In this document: in pieces, positions 32,448 through 41,617 of the stretch
How the letters are laid out: each line of letters opens with the position of its first letter
Numbering within the stretch: position 1 is the first letter of the stretch
From: an uncultured virus (IMG/VR IMGVR_UViG_3300025325_000016)
Taxonomy: Duplodnaviria; Heunggongvirae; Uroviricota; Caudoviricetes
IMG/VR virus record: IMGVR_UViG_3300025325_000016
DNA length: 64,000 nt
Direction: 5' to 3' (one strand)
Notes under the pieces: model-generated
Told to the model about the DNA's origin: nothing
Databases searched by the model: none
What the model saw: the letters and a program-made list of their open reading frames with translations, nothing else
Position numbers and translations under genes: made by a program

Positions 32448-33752
32448 CTAGCGGCGACCTTTGCCCTTGGTCTGTTCAGCCTGGGCATCCCCCTTGCCAG
32501 TCTTCTTGATACCAGCATTCGCCATCATCATGGCGTACTGCATGCTGGTCTTGGAAGCCTGAGCAATAGCCTCGGGGTCAGCGGTGTCACCTGCATACCC
32601 CACACGGGCTGCGACGCCCTCGGGGGCGCTGCTGATGTACTTCTCAGCAGCCTTGCTCAGGTTCCACCGGGCGCCCGGCATACGGGCACAGACGCTCTCG
32701 AACATCGAGAGCACCTTCTGCTCGGCCTCTTCCCAACTGATGTTGTTCAGAGGCACCTCGACAAGGGTATTCGACCGAACGACCGCTTCCAGCCGCTCGT
32801 CGACCACCCATGCCCGGTAGGTCGGGCTATCGCTATCGGCGAAGGAGATGTAGTTACCCAGGACGCTCCTGGCAATCTCCTTCACGACAGGCACCATCAC
32901 TGCGAACGTTCGCAGTTTGGTGTCGATCCCTGCCTCACCGAGCGCATGGTTCGCCTGGAACCAGAGACGCTGGATCAGCGGTTCACCGTCCTTGAACTTA
33001 CGGGACGGTAGGAGCAGTGACCCGCACAGGATCTTGCTAAAGACCTCGGCATTGCCCTTACCCATCAGGGCTTCCGCCTCCTTAGCATTGAGCCTTGCGG
33101 CCTCTGACTGCTTGTCAGCCACCTTGGTGTGGTGGATAACCTGCGTCAGAGCCTGCTCACCCCGAACGTACCGGGGATCGGCCTGCAGTTCTGCCAGCCT
33201 GCCCACGGCCACTGCCAGGACTTTCTCGAACTTTGCAATCCGAGTCTTGTCCTGGTATGCCTCCGGGACACTCAGCAGGAGCGGGATAACCACATCCCGC
33301 AGGTTCTTCACTTCCGCAGCGACCTCATCGATCTCCGCAGCGTGAGCCGCCTCTGCCTTGGCGACTTCCTGCTGAACTGCAGCAGCAGTTGAGCCTTCCT
33401 GGGCCAACGAGCGGAGTAACTCCCGCAGATCGTCCAGGCCAGCCCGTGCGGGGTCGGCCTTCTCTGCCTCATGCTTGCGCATGTGACTCTTCAGGCCAGC
33501 CTTGCTTTCAGTCGTGAAGTCGCACTCTGTGCAACCGAGTACGGCCTTCTTGACAGGCTCAGTAGCTACCACAGGTGTGGTGCTGGCAGTGTGCACCTCG
33601 ACAAAGGCATCAAGGTCACGAGTTGCATACACCGGGCATTCACCCAGGTGGATGTCGATCGTGTCCTCGTCAGCCATGTCTTCCAACCGGGCAACCTTCT
33701 CCCGGCAGTAGGGGCACGTCAGTGTTCTACCAGTGTTCTTTCTTTTACTCAC
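32448..33752 (-). CDS. Zn-finger + coiled-coil protein (434 aa), putative pre-early gene
   Basis: CPYC...H...C and CTEC...H...H (C2H2) motifs; strong AAGGAGG SD before the GTG start. Confidence 0.75.
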   Translation of the reverse strand: MSKRKNTGRTLTCPYCREKVARLEDMADEDTIDIHLGECPVYATRDLDAFVEVHTASTTPVVATEPVKKAVLGCTECDFTTESKAGLKSHMRKHEAEKADPARAGLDDLRELLRSLAQEGSTAAAVQQEVAKAEAAHAAEIDEVAAEVKNLRDVVIPLLLSVPEAYQDKTRIAKFEKVLAVAVGRLAELQADPRYVRGEQALTQVIHHTKVADKQSEAARLNAKEAEALMGKGNAEVFSKILCGSLLLPSRKFKDGEPLIQRLWFQANHALGEAGIDTKLRTFAVMVPVVKEIARSVLGNYISFADSDSPTYRAWVVDERLEAVVRSNTLVEVPLNNISWEEAEQKVLSMFESVCARMPGARWNLSKAAEKYISSAPEGVAARVGYAGDTADPEAIAQASKTSMQYAMMMANAGIKKTGKGDAQAEQTKGKGRR

Positions 33753-33772
33753 GTTGTGGGCCTCCTTAGCCC

Positions 33773-33928
33773 TGTAATGAGCGTTTCAGTGCATGGGATA
33801 CCTGCCCATGCCACAGGTGTGCTGCATCCCCTGCAGCGGGGTGTCTCTGTTGTAGGATTTCCCCCTGTGGGCCTGTCAGGGCTTGTAACCTGACCGCCGC
33901 ATTACACCCTGCTGCCTCCACAGCAGGG
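33773..33928 (-). ncRNA. candidate multi-stem structured RNA / 5' leader
   Basis: Nested inverted repeats in a roughly 186-nt gap with no credible ORF (see findings). Confidence 0.45.
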
Positions 33929-33938
33929 CTACTCTGCG

Positions 33939-34139
33939 CTATGCGTGCTCGAGCACGTACTCCATCTGCTTGAGTATGTGCTCGTACACGTGCCAAGGGC
34001 CGGAGCCCTCGGGTGCGTTGTTCTTGATGGCAGTGGCCTTGGCGAGCTCTGCCCTGGCGGAGAGCTGGTCAAACACAGCCTCCGCCCCATCTTTCCGGAT
34101 CTGGACGTCTAACGCCCAATTCACCACATTGATCTCCAT
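33939..34139 (-). CDS. small hypothetical protein
   Basis: 66 aa; TAAGGAGG SD. Confidence 0.7.
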   Translation of the reverse strand: MEINVVNWALDVQIRKDGAEAVFDQLSARAELAKATAIKNNAPEGSGPWHVYEHILKQMEYVLEHA

Positions 34140-34179
34140 GTTTTATGCGCCTCCTTAGCGCATTTGGGCATCTCTACCT

Positions 34180-34428
34180 CTACCAGCCGAAGTATCCCTT
34201 GAACTCGTTAGACACAAGGGTCTTCGGGCTGATATGCGGCCTATGGATGATGATGCATAGTGCACCATCTCCAGACCGCCTCATCCATGTCTTACCGTAG
34301 CCCTTTGGAGGCTTGATAGACATGGGGTCGGCGGCAGGGTTTAAGACTGCGTATGCGCAGTCCTTACCCTGATATGGCCCCTCCCAGAATCCGTGAGTGA
34401 ACAGGCAAACCATTGGATCGGTTGTCAT
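34180..34428 (-). CDS. small hypothetical protein
   Basis: ATG 34428 preceded by TAAGGAGG. Confidence 0.65.
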   Translation of the reverse strand: MTTDPMVCLFTHGFWEGPYQGKDCAYAVLNPAADPMSIKPPKGYGKTWMRRSGDGALCIIIHRPHISPKTLVSNEFKGYFGW

Positions 34429-34517
34429 GATTAGGGCCTCCTTAGCCCTGTTTTGGGCATCTCCTGAGCCCTCACTGCCCATGACCCTCTATGTCATGAG
34501 CAGTGGTTGCTATAGAG

Positions 34518-34727
34518 TTACCAGGGCCAGGTGTAGCCCCAGTATTCGAACAGTGCGTTCCCCCACAGCGCCCCCAGGAGAGCGCCGATGAGGATGAGCC
34601 ATATGATGGCGTAAATCCACGCCACCACAACATCCCCCCGCTTCTGTTTGGGGGGTGCAGCCATTGGAGGCTGCGCATACCTGCCGGGCGCAAAGCGCCC
34701 GCCCGAACTGTACTTGCCTGTACTCAT
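34518..34727 (-). CDS. small membrane protein
   Basis: ATG 34727 with AAGGA SD; C-terminal helix VVVAWIYAIIWLILIGALLGALW. Confidence 0.6.
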   Translation of the reverse strand: MSTGKYSSGGRFAPGRYAQPPMAAPPKQKRGDVVVAWIYAIIWLILIGALLGALWGNALFEYWGYTWPW

Positions 34728-34891
34728 GACTTGTTCCTTTCGTGGACTAATAAAAAAGATTGTTATAGAGCGGGGGGGGTTCACTTCCCTCCTCTCTCCC
34801 CCCTCTTAATAACCCACTCCCAAATTTTTTTTCGCAAATTTATCCGGCTAGATGTAACAAATATTCCCCTTATGCGTTTATATAAATACAC

Positions 34892-34920
34892 TTGCAAGTT
34901 ACGGGTTTATTACCTATAAT
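34892..34920 (+). promoter_or_regulatory. sigma70-type promoter TTGCAA-N17-TATAAT at the head of the virion arm
   Basis: Read directly in the AT-rich divergence region; GGAG SD and ATG 34943 follow. Confidence 0.75.
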
Positions 34921-34942
34921 ATTTGCTCTGGAGACCTAACAC

Positions 34943-35203
34943 ATGGACATAGATACGGAGAGATTGAAGAAACGTTGGGATGGGAGGTCTGAGTACGTTA
35001 TAGATGGGGAAACCACGTACCGGGTGTTCACTCCTAATGGGCCTGAAGAGCCTGTTTTTGTCCCGCAGTCGACTGCCGGGATGTATGACCAGACCAGCAC
35101 TGGTTTCGTTCAAGCACAAGAGCCGAAAAATCCCCTTGGAAAACAACGGCAAACACCTAAAGTAAAGCAGAAGGTGGCAGACGTAAGTCATCCTGACAAG
35201 TGA
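34943..35203 (+). CDS. hypothetical protein
   Basis: First ORF of the + arm, with SD. Confidence 0.65.
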   Translation: MDIDTERLKKRWDGRSEYVIDGETTYRVFTPNGPEEPVFVPQSTAGMYDQTSTGFVQAQEPKNPLGKQRQTPKVKQKVADVSHPDK

Positions 35204-35490
35204 TGGCCGGGGCTGTAGTCAAGCCAGCCGGGGAGAACTTCGAGACATCCGATCAGATGATGTGCGAGGTTCTTTTGATGGCTGGACACAAGGCGTGCAG
35301 CGTACAGCCGGGGCAGGACGGCAATCTGGTGTACACTTTCCCTATTGAGACCGTCTGGCCGACCGTCGAGAGCATTTTGACCGGTAACGCCAGCAACATG
35401 ACCTTCACCTACTCGGATTGGTGGACGGCCAGAGTGACCTGGCAGATGAATTTGAGGCACCTGAGCCAGAATCGCAGAAAAAATATTTAA
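35200..35490 (+). CDS. hypothetical protein (resembles DUF5659-type small phage proteins)
   Basis: FETSD...LLMAG...LVYTF pattern; stop overlaps the TerL start. Confidence 0.5.
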   Translation: MMAGAVVKPAGENFETSDQMMCEVLLMAGHKACSVQPGQDGNLVYTFPIETVWPTVESILTGNASNMTFTYSDWWTARVTWQMNLRHLSQNRRKNI

Positions 35491-37109
35491 TGTATGCACT
35501 GACGAGGGCTGAACTTGAGATTATCCAGAAGGGATTGAGATCCCCGGATGATCTCGACTATTTCTGCGGTTATTGGTTCAATAAGGGGGATGGCAATTCC
35601 TTTATGTTCGATCGGAACTTCGAGGAAGAGTACGCCTGGCAGAAGAAGCTCGTTTTCGCCAAGCAAACCTTGATCGTGGGGGTGATGGGGATCGGGTCTG
35701 GCAAAACTCTCGGTGCTGGCATGGCGGCAATGACATGGTGCATGTCCACCGAGGGTTTCAAGTATATGAACGGGGCGAATTGGGCCTGGCAGTCCCGGAT
35801 CATGAAAGAGCTGATCGAGACTCAACTGGTGGATACGCCAGCAGAGCGTTTTATCGAGAATACGGTCGACACACCGTTTCCGAAGATCACCCTGGGCTTC
35901 AAAGTAGGCCGATCCAAGTACCGCAGCACCCTGGAGTTTATGTCGATGGATAAACAGGCTGCGAAAATCTTCTCCTGGAGAGGCGATTGGATCAATCTCG
36001 ACGAAGCGGCCCTGATCGACCAACTTGACCAGGCTCTTATGAACCTGTCCACCCGCTTGACCGGCAAGACCTCAAGAGGCAGGGAGTTCCTGGGGCGGAT
36101 GTCCCTGATGACCAATCCCTGGGATAACGAGAGCGCAGGCCACGTGTACTACTTCTACGACCTGGCGATCGATAACCCGGAAGAATGTTTAAGCATCAGC
36201 GTTCCTACGAGCGCTAATAAGAACGTCACAGACCGGCAGGTCAGAAACAGCCTTAAGTTTATTCGTGACCCCGAGGAGCAGGAAAGGCTACTTTTGGGCA
36301 TGCGTCCCGAAGGACGGGGCAAGTATTTTGCTAAATCCCGGGTTGCCGCAGCCGCAGACCCATATTTGAGTGAATTTTTGGAGCAGAAGACCGAAAGAGG
36401 CGATTTTGGCTATAAACTGGTGAAAGCGCCGACTTTGGGGGCAGTCGAGTACCAGATGCCGAAAACGAGCGATTACTGCTTTTTGCTCGGCGATCCTGGC
36501 ACTGGCACCTTTCCTGCCCGGAACGCGCCCTGTATAGCGGTTCTGGACGCCTCGAAATTGCCCGAACAGCCGGCTATCATCACCGCTTTTTGGTGGGGCA
36601 ACGGGAATCGGCATATTCAGCCCTTTATCGACAAGTTTTACGAGTATAAGGAGAAATACCGGCCTATCTTCTGTGGGGTCGACAGCACCGGCCCCCAGGC
36701 TGGCATGGTTCAGCTCATGAACTTGCAGAAAATATGGGACGGACAGCCCCTAAGAGGTCTTTGGGGCCAGATCCCGGTCACCGGCATGGATTTCTCGGTC
36801 GGTCGCAAGATGAATATGCTCTTGAGCCTGCGGAACCTGGTCGAAATGGGCCTGATCAGGTGGGCCGATATTGCCAAAGGCATCAAAATGCAGATGTATA
36901 GCTATGATCCCCTGCTGGATAGGGGAGGAGAGCCGAAAATTGCACAGGATATTGTTGCTACTCTCGCAATGGCGGCGTTCGTTATCCGGGCGTATTACAA
37001 CGTTGGAGACGATCGTGAGATGGAAAACGGCGGTGAAGCTATCCCGTTACTCCAGGCAATTGCAAGAAACGTCCGACAGCCTGCGGCCACGAGAGACTAT
37101 CGACGCTGA
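35490..37109 (+). CDS. terL: terminase large subunit
   Basis: Adenine-binding YAWQ, Walker A GIGSGKT, Walker B INLDEAA, coupling motif MTNP, nuclease LLGDPG...DS...QDIV. Start placed at ATG 35490. Confidence 0.9.
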   Translation: MYALTRAELEIIQKGLRSPDDLDYFCGYWFNKGDGNSFMFDRNFEEEYAWQKKLVFAKQTLIVGVMGIGSGKTLGAGMAAMTWCMSTEGFKYMNGANWAWQSRIMKELIETQLVDTPAERFIENTVDTPFPKITLGFKVGRSKYRSTLEFMSMDKQAAKIFSWRGDWINLDEAALIDQLDQALMNLSTRLTGKTSRGREFLGRMSLMTNPWDNESAGHVYYFYDLAIDNPEECLSISVPTSANKNVTDRQVRNSLKFIRDPEEQERLLLGMRPEGRGKYFAKSRVAAAADPYLSEFLEQKTERGDFGYKLVKAPTLGAVEYQMPKTSDYCFLLGDPGTGTFPARNAPCIAVLDASKLPEQPAIITAFWWGNGNRHIQPFIDKFYEYKEKYRPIFCGVDSTGPQAGMVQLMNLQKIWDGQPLRGLWGQIPVTGMDFSVGRKMNMLLSLRNLVEMGLIRWADIAKGIKMQMYSYDPLLDRGGEPKIAQDIVATLAMAAFVIRAYYNVGDDREMENGGEAIPLLQAIARNVRQPAATRDYRR

Positions 37110-37167
37110 ACATAACCCGAATCGGGACTTTACGAGCCGGAATCGTGATTTTAGGCGTTAAATGACC

Positions 37168-37183
37168 CTCAGACACGTCTGAG
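37168..37183. repeat. dispersed palindrome copy CTCAGAC-AC-GTCTGAG
   Basis: Read directly; 4 bp upstream of a -35 box. Confidence 0.95.
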
Positions 37184-37187
37184 GCTA

Positions 37188-37216
37188 TTGACAGGAGAGA
37201 TAATAGCCTATATACT
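37188..37216 (+). promoter_or_regulatory. sigma70-type promoter TTGACA-N17-TATACT upstream of portal
   Basis: Read directly. Inverted repeat AGGCTATT (37182-37189) / AATAGCCT (37202-37209) overlaps it. Confidence 0.8.
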
Positions 37217-37248
37217 CGACTACACGACATAAATCCCCGTTTTAACAT

Positions 37249-37304
37249 AAAACCTCACATGAGATCGCCAATACAGCCGAATATTGCTTATGTGAGGGTT
37301 TTTT
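37249..37304 (+). terminator. leader stem-loop + T6 run that overlaps the portal RBS (attenuator-like)
   Basis: AAAACCTCACATGAG...CTTATGTGAGGGTTTTTT immediately before GTG 37305. Confidence 0.5.
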
Positions 37305-38906
37305 GTGCCAAACTACATCCAAATAAACGAATTATTGGGGGAGATAAAACTTGGCACGTTTAATTTAAACCAGATTCACGATTTCCCCGAGAGCGAATGG
37401 CACTCCAGGCGCATGATCTACAACGAACTGGAAGCCTGGTTTAGCGGCGTCAAGCTCGAAGAGAAGCAAGTCCAGGGCGGGCGCACAGTCGAGAAGTACC
37501 CGATCAAGATAAACCCAATCAAGGGGGCAGTTTACAAGCATGCTTATGCGCTCTTCGGCGAGTCAGAGAACGACAGCAAGCCTCTGGCGCTGCCTATCCT
37601 GCACCCGGATGACCGCAAGCTCAAGAATCAGGCCAAGATCGGCCAGAATTTCCTGAATAGACTCTGGTACGACAATAACGGTCGATCGCTCATGCTCTCT
37701 AACGGCATTACCAGCCAGATCCTGGGTGGAGCCGTTTTCAAGGCGTCTTACGTGCCCGAGCATACCTGGAGGAAGATCCCGATCCGGATCGAGAGCATAC
37801 ACCCGGCTAACTTTGTCGGTATCCCGATGGCCGGAGACCAGTTTCGTTTGGAGCAAGCCTGGATCGTCAAGTCGATTTCTCCAAAAGAAGCTCACCGGGT
37901 GTACGGGATGGAGTTTCCTCCAGATGAACTGGTCTATTACGTCGAATATTGGGAGCCCGACTATTATGAAGTGACCATCAACGGAGTGATCGTCCCGAGT
38001 GGCAAGAGCGACCCGGTAACGGGCCAGAGCCTTTATTATCAGGGCAGGCATGAGTTTGGCGGTGTGCCGATTGTCTATATCCCTCACGTGCGCACCACGG
38101 GCTATTATGGGGAGAGCCTGATCACGACCAACGTCCAGGGTATTGTGGAGGAGATGAATAAGCGGGTAGCCGACTATGGCGATGCCGTGAGCGATGACAG
38201 CCACCGCTATTACGTAATCAGCAATACCTCCGGGAGGCCCGACGTTTATGAACTTGCGTCGGGTCTTCGTGTTGTACAGCTCCCGCCTAATCCCTCGATC
38301 ACGGGAAAAGAGGGCAGTCCGGCAATGGAAGAGCTGGGCGCAGCTCAAGCCTCGACTGCCATGAAGGAGCTTAACGAGCAGCTTTATAACCAGTTCCGGC
38401 GTGAAGCTTTTATTCCGGCTGTCGCAGATGGTGAAGACGAGGGCTCGCAGCGTAGTGCCCTGACCCTGGCGATGAGGATGTGGCCCCTGCTCTCACATAC
38501 TTCGATGGAGCGTATTTATTGGGCCGATGCGCTTGCACTGCTGGACAGCATGCTGCTGAAAGTTGCCATGAGCGTGCCTAATATGCCGAATCTGCCGAAA
38601 GAGGTGACAGATATGCGCATCGAGCGCCGGTGGGCACCCATGCTGCCAAGAGACCGTGAGGTCTTTGTCAACGAGTTAGTTAACCGGGCGAGTGCCCACC
38701 TGGGCAGTCTCGAACATCTACTCTCGCTGCTTGACGATATCGAAGACCCCGAAGGGGAGTACGATGCGATCAAGGTACAGCTCAAAGAGATGGCTGAGAT
38801 CACCAAGCCCCCCGAGCCTGCTGGAGTGCCAGGGCAGAAGCCAGCAGCAAGCGCAAAACCTGCCGCACAGAAACCACAGAAACCGCAGAAGGAGAAACCA
38901 GAATGA
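37305..38906 (+). CDS. portal protein (SPP1-like)
   Basis: Follows TerL, 533 aa, HEFGGVPIVYIPH...GES motif, helical C-terminal half. Confidence 0.85.
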   Translation: MPNYIQINELLGEIKLGTFNLNQIHDFPESEWHSRRMIYNELEAWFSGVKLEEKQVQGGRTVEKYPIKINPIKGAVYKHAYALFGESENDSKPLALPILHPDDRKLKNQAKIGQNFLNRLWYDNNGRSLMLSNGITSQILGGAVFKASYVPEHTWRKIPIRIESIHPANFVGIPMAGDQFRLEQAWIVKSISPKEAHRVYGMEFPPDELVYYVEYWEPDYYEVTINGVIVPSGKSDPVTGQSLYYQGRHEFGGVPIVYIPHVRTTGYYGESLITTNVQGIVEEMNKRVADYGDAVSDDSHRYYVISNTSGRPDVYELASGLRVVQLPPNPSITGKEGSPAMEELGAAQASTAMKELNEQLYNQFRREAFIPAVADGEDEGSQRSALTLAMRMWPLLSHTSMERIYWADALALLDSMLLKVAMSVPNMPNLPKEVTDMRIERRWAPMLPRDREVFVNELVNRASAHLGSLEHLLSLLDDIEDPEGEYDAIKVQLKEMAEITKPPEPAGVPGQKPAASAKPAAQKPQKPQKEKPE

Positions 38907-39580
38907 CCGACGACACCGGAACCCCGACTGAGCCTATCGTCGACGCTCCTCCAGTGGAGCCTAAGATTGAGCCCACTCAGACGCCATCCAAGGATTGGGA
39001 AGTTTCATATAAGGGTCTGCAGACAACTTACCAAAAGCTTAAGACGCAGACGGATAAAGCCATCTCCGATCTGAATCTCAAGCTCCAGGCTGCTACAGCC
39101 CAAGTTGAAGAGCTCTCCCAGGGTGGTACGTCAAAGGACAGCCAATTGAGTGTCCTTCAGAAGCAGATCGCCGATCTGACCAAGCAAGCCGAAACCCTGA
39201 AAGGCGAGAAGACTACCGTCGAGGCCCAGCTCTCTCGTGGCAAGCTGGTGATGGGAGAATTTCCCGAACTGGCGCCCTTCGAGGCGTTGGGCCAGCTACC
39301 ACAAGGCAATAGCGAAGACGAGACCCGAGCAGCGCTCACGAAGTTCCGTGAGACTCTCTCCGGCGTGGTGGGTGCCGATCTCAAGAAACTGATGAGCGGC
39401 GCAACTCCTCCCGGAAGCGGCAAGACCAGCCCGAGCGCTCCCCCGGATAACGGGGCAGTCGAGACCGAAGAATTTGTTTGGGGAAAGCTGGTCGAAACAG
39501 CAGGTCGAGACAACAAAGCTTTCGCCGAGTGGCAGACAAAATGGGATGCTATCCTTCTCGCCAAAAAACCCAAGTCTTAG
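38903..39580 (+). CDS. capsid scaffolding protein
   Basis: Coiled coil with Pro-rich termini, between portal and MCP. Confidence 0.7.
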   Translation: MTDDTGTPTEPIVDAPPVEPKIEPTQTPSKDWEVSYKGLQTTYQKLKTQTDKAISDLNLKLQAATAQVEELSQGGTSKDSQLSVLQKQIADLTKQAETLKGEKTTVEAQLSRGKLVMGEFPELAPFEALGQLPQGNSEDETRAALTKFRETLSGVVGADLKKLMSGATPPGSGKTSPSAPPDNGAVETEEFVWGKLVETAGRDNKAFAEWQTKWDAILLAKKPKS

Positions 39581-39592
39581 AAAAGGTGTGAA

Positions 39593-40981
39593 ATGGCCGA
39601 TCCTATTAGTGAATACTATGCTGATAATCCAGTAGAAGTGCTGGATCAAAATCAGCGTGTATGGTACGACCCTGACGTCCTGGCCCTATTCCGCAGCAGA
39701 GGTCTGTTTTCGGATATCGTGACCTACGCCCGTAATTTGGGCGATGTCCGGGCCACCAGCATGGTTGTCACTCAGATCCTTGAGCCGCATGCGAACTACA
39801 ACGCCCTGGCGACTCGGCAGTTGTGGCTCCCTGCAATGCACATCGACAGCCGTGCAATCGAAATCAGCTTTTCCCATCACGGTGGTAAGGTCGCCATGCA
39901 CGAATACGACGATCTGGTCACCTACTGGAAGGCCAATGGGCAAGCTGGCCTGCGCTCGATCTTGAATCGGGTGCTCGGTGTCAACATCATCGACGTTCAT
40001 GACTACCTGGCCCGGAATGCCCTGATCCAGGGCGCTCTGGAGCAAACCGGGTACGTCTACTACGCCGGGGATGCTACCAACTTCGCCGACCTGGAAGCTG
40101 CCGATAAGATGACTATCGACATCCCCCCGACCATCCAGCTCGGCATGAAATACCGTGAGGTCAACGGCGCCCTGAACCCGGATGGCACACCAGGTGCGAT
40201 CGTGTGCTACACCACCCCGGGCGTCATCTTCGACATCCAGGCAGACCCTGATTGGGTCGAGGTTGCCAAGTACGCCGCTCCCGACATGCTCTTCAAGTAC
40301 GAGGTCGGCACCTACAAGAACGTCCGCTTTGTGGAAAGCCCCCGCCTCGTCTTGTGGAACTGCGGAACCATCGAGTTCCAGGACACCATCTCCGCAGCCG
40401 CTCACGCTGGCGACGGTTCACCCAATCCTGCGACCACCAAGGTCGACGGCACCTACAAAGTGGGCCAGACCTCGCTCCTGCCCGATCCTGGGATCGTTCA
40501 CTACCTGCAGCTCTCCGGTACTCCAGTCGAGGGCACCCTGGAAGCCAATCTCAATCTCAACGACATCATCACGATCCACACCGCACGCACCAACGCTTTC
40601 GGCGTCACGGGCGGCGTCCATCCCTTCGATGGTACGCTGCACAACCGCCGGGTGGTCGGGATCGATGCAGCAGAAGACCGGATCTTGCTGGACAAGCCGA
40701 TCATGCTGGACTTCGCCACCAACATGGGCGCGGGCGTCTTCGGGTACGTGACCAAGGGCGTCAACGTCCACTCGTCTATCTTCGTGGGTGCTCCGCAGGG
40801 CGTCGTCACCGGCGTCGCTGCTCCAATCCGCCTGCACACCCCGCCACCCATCGATGACCTGGAAAGCATCTACCGCTTCTCCTGGAACGATCGCATGGGC
40901 CACCAGCCCTACGCTCCCGAAGTCTTCGAAGTCGTGTTCTCTTCGGGTTCTGTCCGTGTCAAGGGCCCGATGGGTAGCTAA
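39593..40981 (+). CDS. major capsid protein (N4-gp56-like HK97 fold)
   Basis: Position, size, strongly biased codons, PGVIFDIQADPDW...YA...YEVGTYKNVRFVESP. Confidence 0.85.
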   Translation: MADPISEYYADNPVEVLDQNQRVWYDPDVLALFRSRGLFSDIVTYARNLGDVRATSMVVTQILEPHANYNALATRQLWLPAMHIDSRAIEISFSHHGGKVAMHEYDDLVTYWKANGQAGLRSILNRVLGVNIIDVHDYLARNALIQGALEQTGYVYYAGDATNFADLEAADKMTIDIPPTIQLGMKYREVNGALNPDGTPGAIVCYTTPGVIFDIQADPDWVEVAKYAAPDMLFKYEVGTYKNVRFVESPRLVLWNCGTIEFQDTISAAAHAGDGSPNPATTKVDGTYKVGQTSLLPDPGIVHYLQLSGTPVEGTLEANLNLNDIITIHTARTNAFGVTGGVHPFDGTLHNRRVVGIDAAEDRILLDKPIMLDFATNMGAGVFGYVTKGVNVHSSIFVGAPQGVVTGVAAPIRLHTPPPIDDLESIYRFSWNDRMGHQPYAPEVFEVVFSSGSVRVKGPMGS

Positions 40982-41617
40982 ATGGCGACGCTCTCCGAGA
41001 TCCGTGAAAGGGTATACCGGGTGCTGGCCGATCCTTCGGGAGGCCAGTACACGAGTGCTCTGGTGGACGACGGCATCGTCGCCGCCCTGGAATCTATCCT
41101 GCCCTGGGTCTTCAAGACCGCAATCGAGACATTCGATGGTGACGGCGAGGCTGTTGCCTTCGAGATGCCTGCAGACATGTACCGGGTGACTGCGGTGTTC
41201 GACACAGACAGCGGGCTGTATATCCCGCAAAACCTGCTTTCGGCAGGCCAGTCTCCCGGCGCCGATCTGGAGAGCAACCAGGACTGGATGGAGTACCCCG
41301 AAGGCTATCTAAGCCTTGCCAATGCGCCTACATCGACTATCGTGCTGCACTACGGTGCTACCTGGGAGGTTCCTGTTGATGACGATGATGTCATCGAAGC
41401 CCCTGCCTGGGTAAGTAGGGCGCTGGTGTTCTACGCAGCGTCTTATGCACTACTGGACAAAGCTTCCTCCGCTGCCAACATCCGGCAATGGAACGTCGAG
41501 GTTGACAGCGGCACGCCGGTCATGAACCCCATGCGGGACATGTCCACTTACTACCTGGAGCGTTTCCGGATCGAAATGGAGCGCATGCCAGCCAGGATGA
41601 GGGGCGTGTATGGCTAA
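40982..41617 (+). CDS. head-tail adaptor protein
   Basis: MATLSEIRERV...L.D N-terminus; ALVFYAASYAL; follows MCP. Confidence 0.65.
   Translation: MATLSEIRERVYRVLADPSGGQYTSALVDDGIVAALESILPWVFKTAIETFDGDGEAVAFEMPADMYRVTAVFDTDSGLYIPQNLLSAGQSPGADLESNQDWMEYPEGYLSLANAPTSTIVLHYGATWEVPVDDDDVIEAPAWVSRALVFYAASYALLDKASSAANIRQWNVEVDSGTPVMNPMRDMSTYYLERFRIEMERMPARMRGVYG

Noticed and set aside
33780..33900. Hammerhead ribozyme in the structured leader (GTC...CTGA...GAAAC on the minus strand)
   Set aside because: The core reads CUGACAG rather than CUGANGA, and stems I and III do not pair properly.
33766..33996. 76-aa minus-strand ORF
   Set aside because: It overlaps ORF 33939-34139 out of frame, has no RBS and has atypical composition; the region is better explained as structured non-coding sequence.
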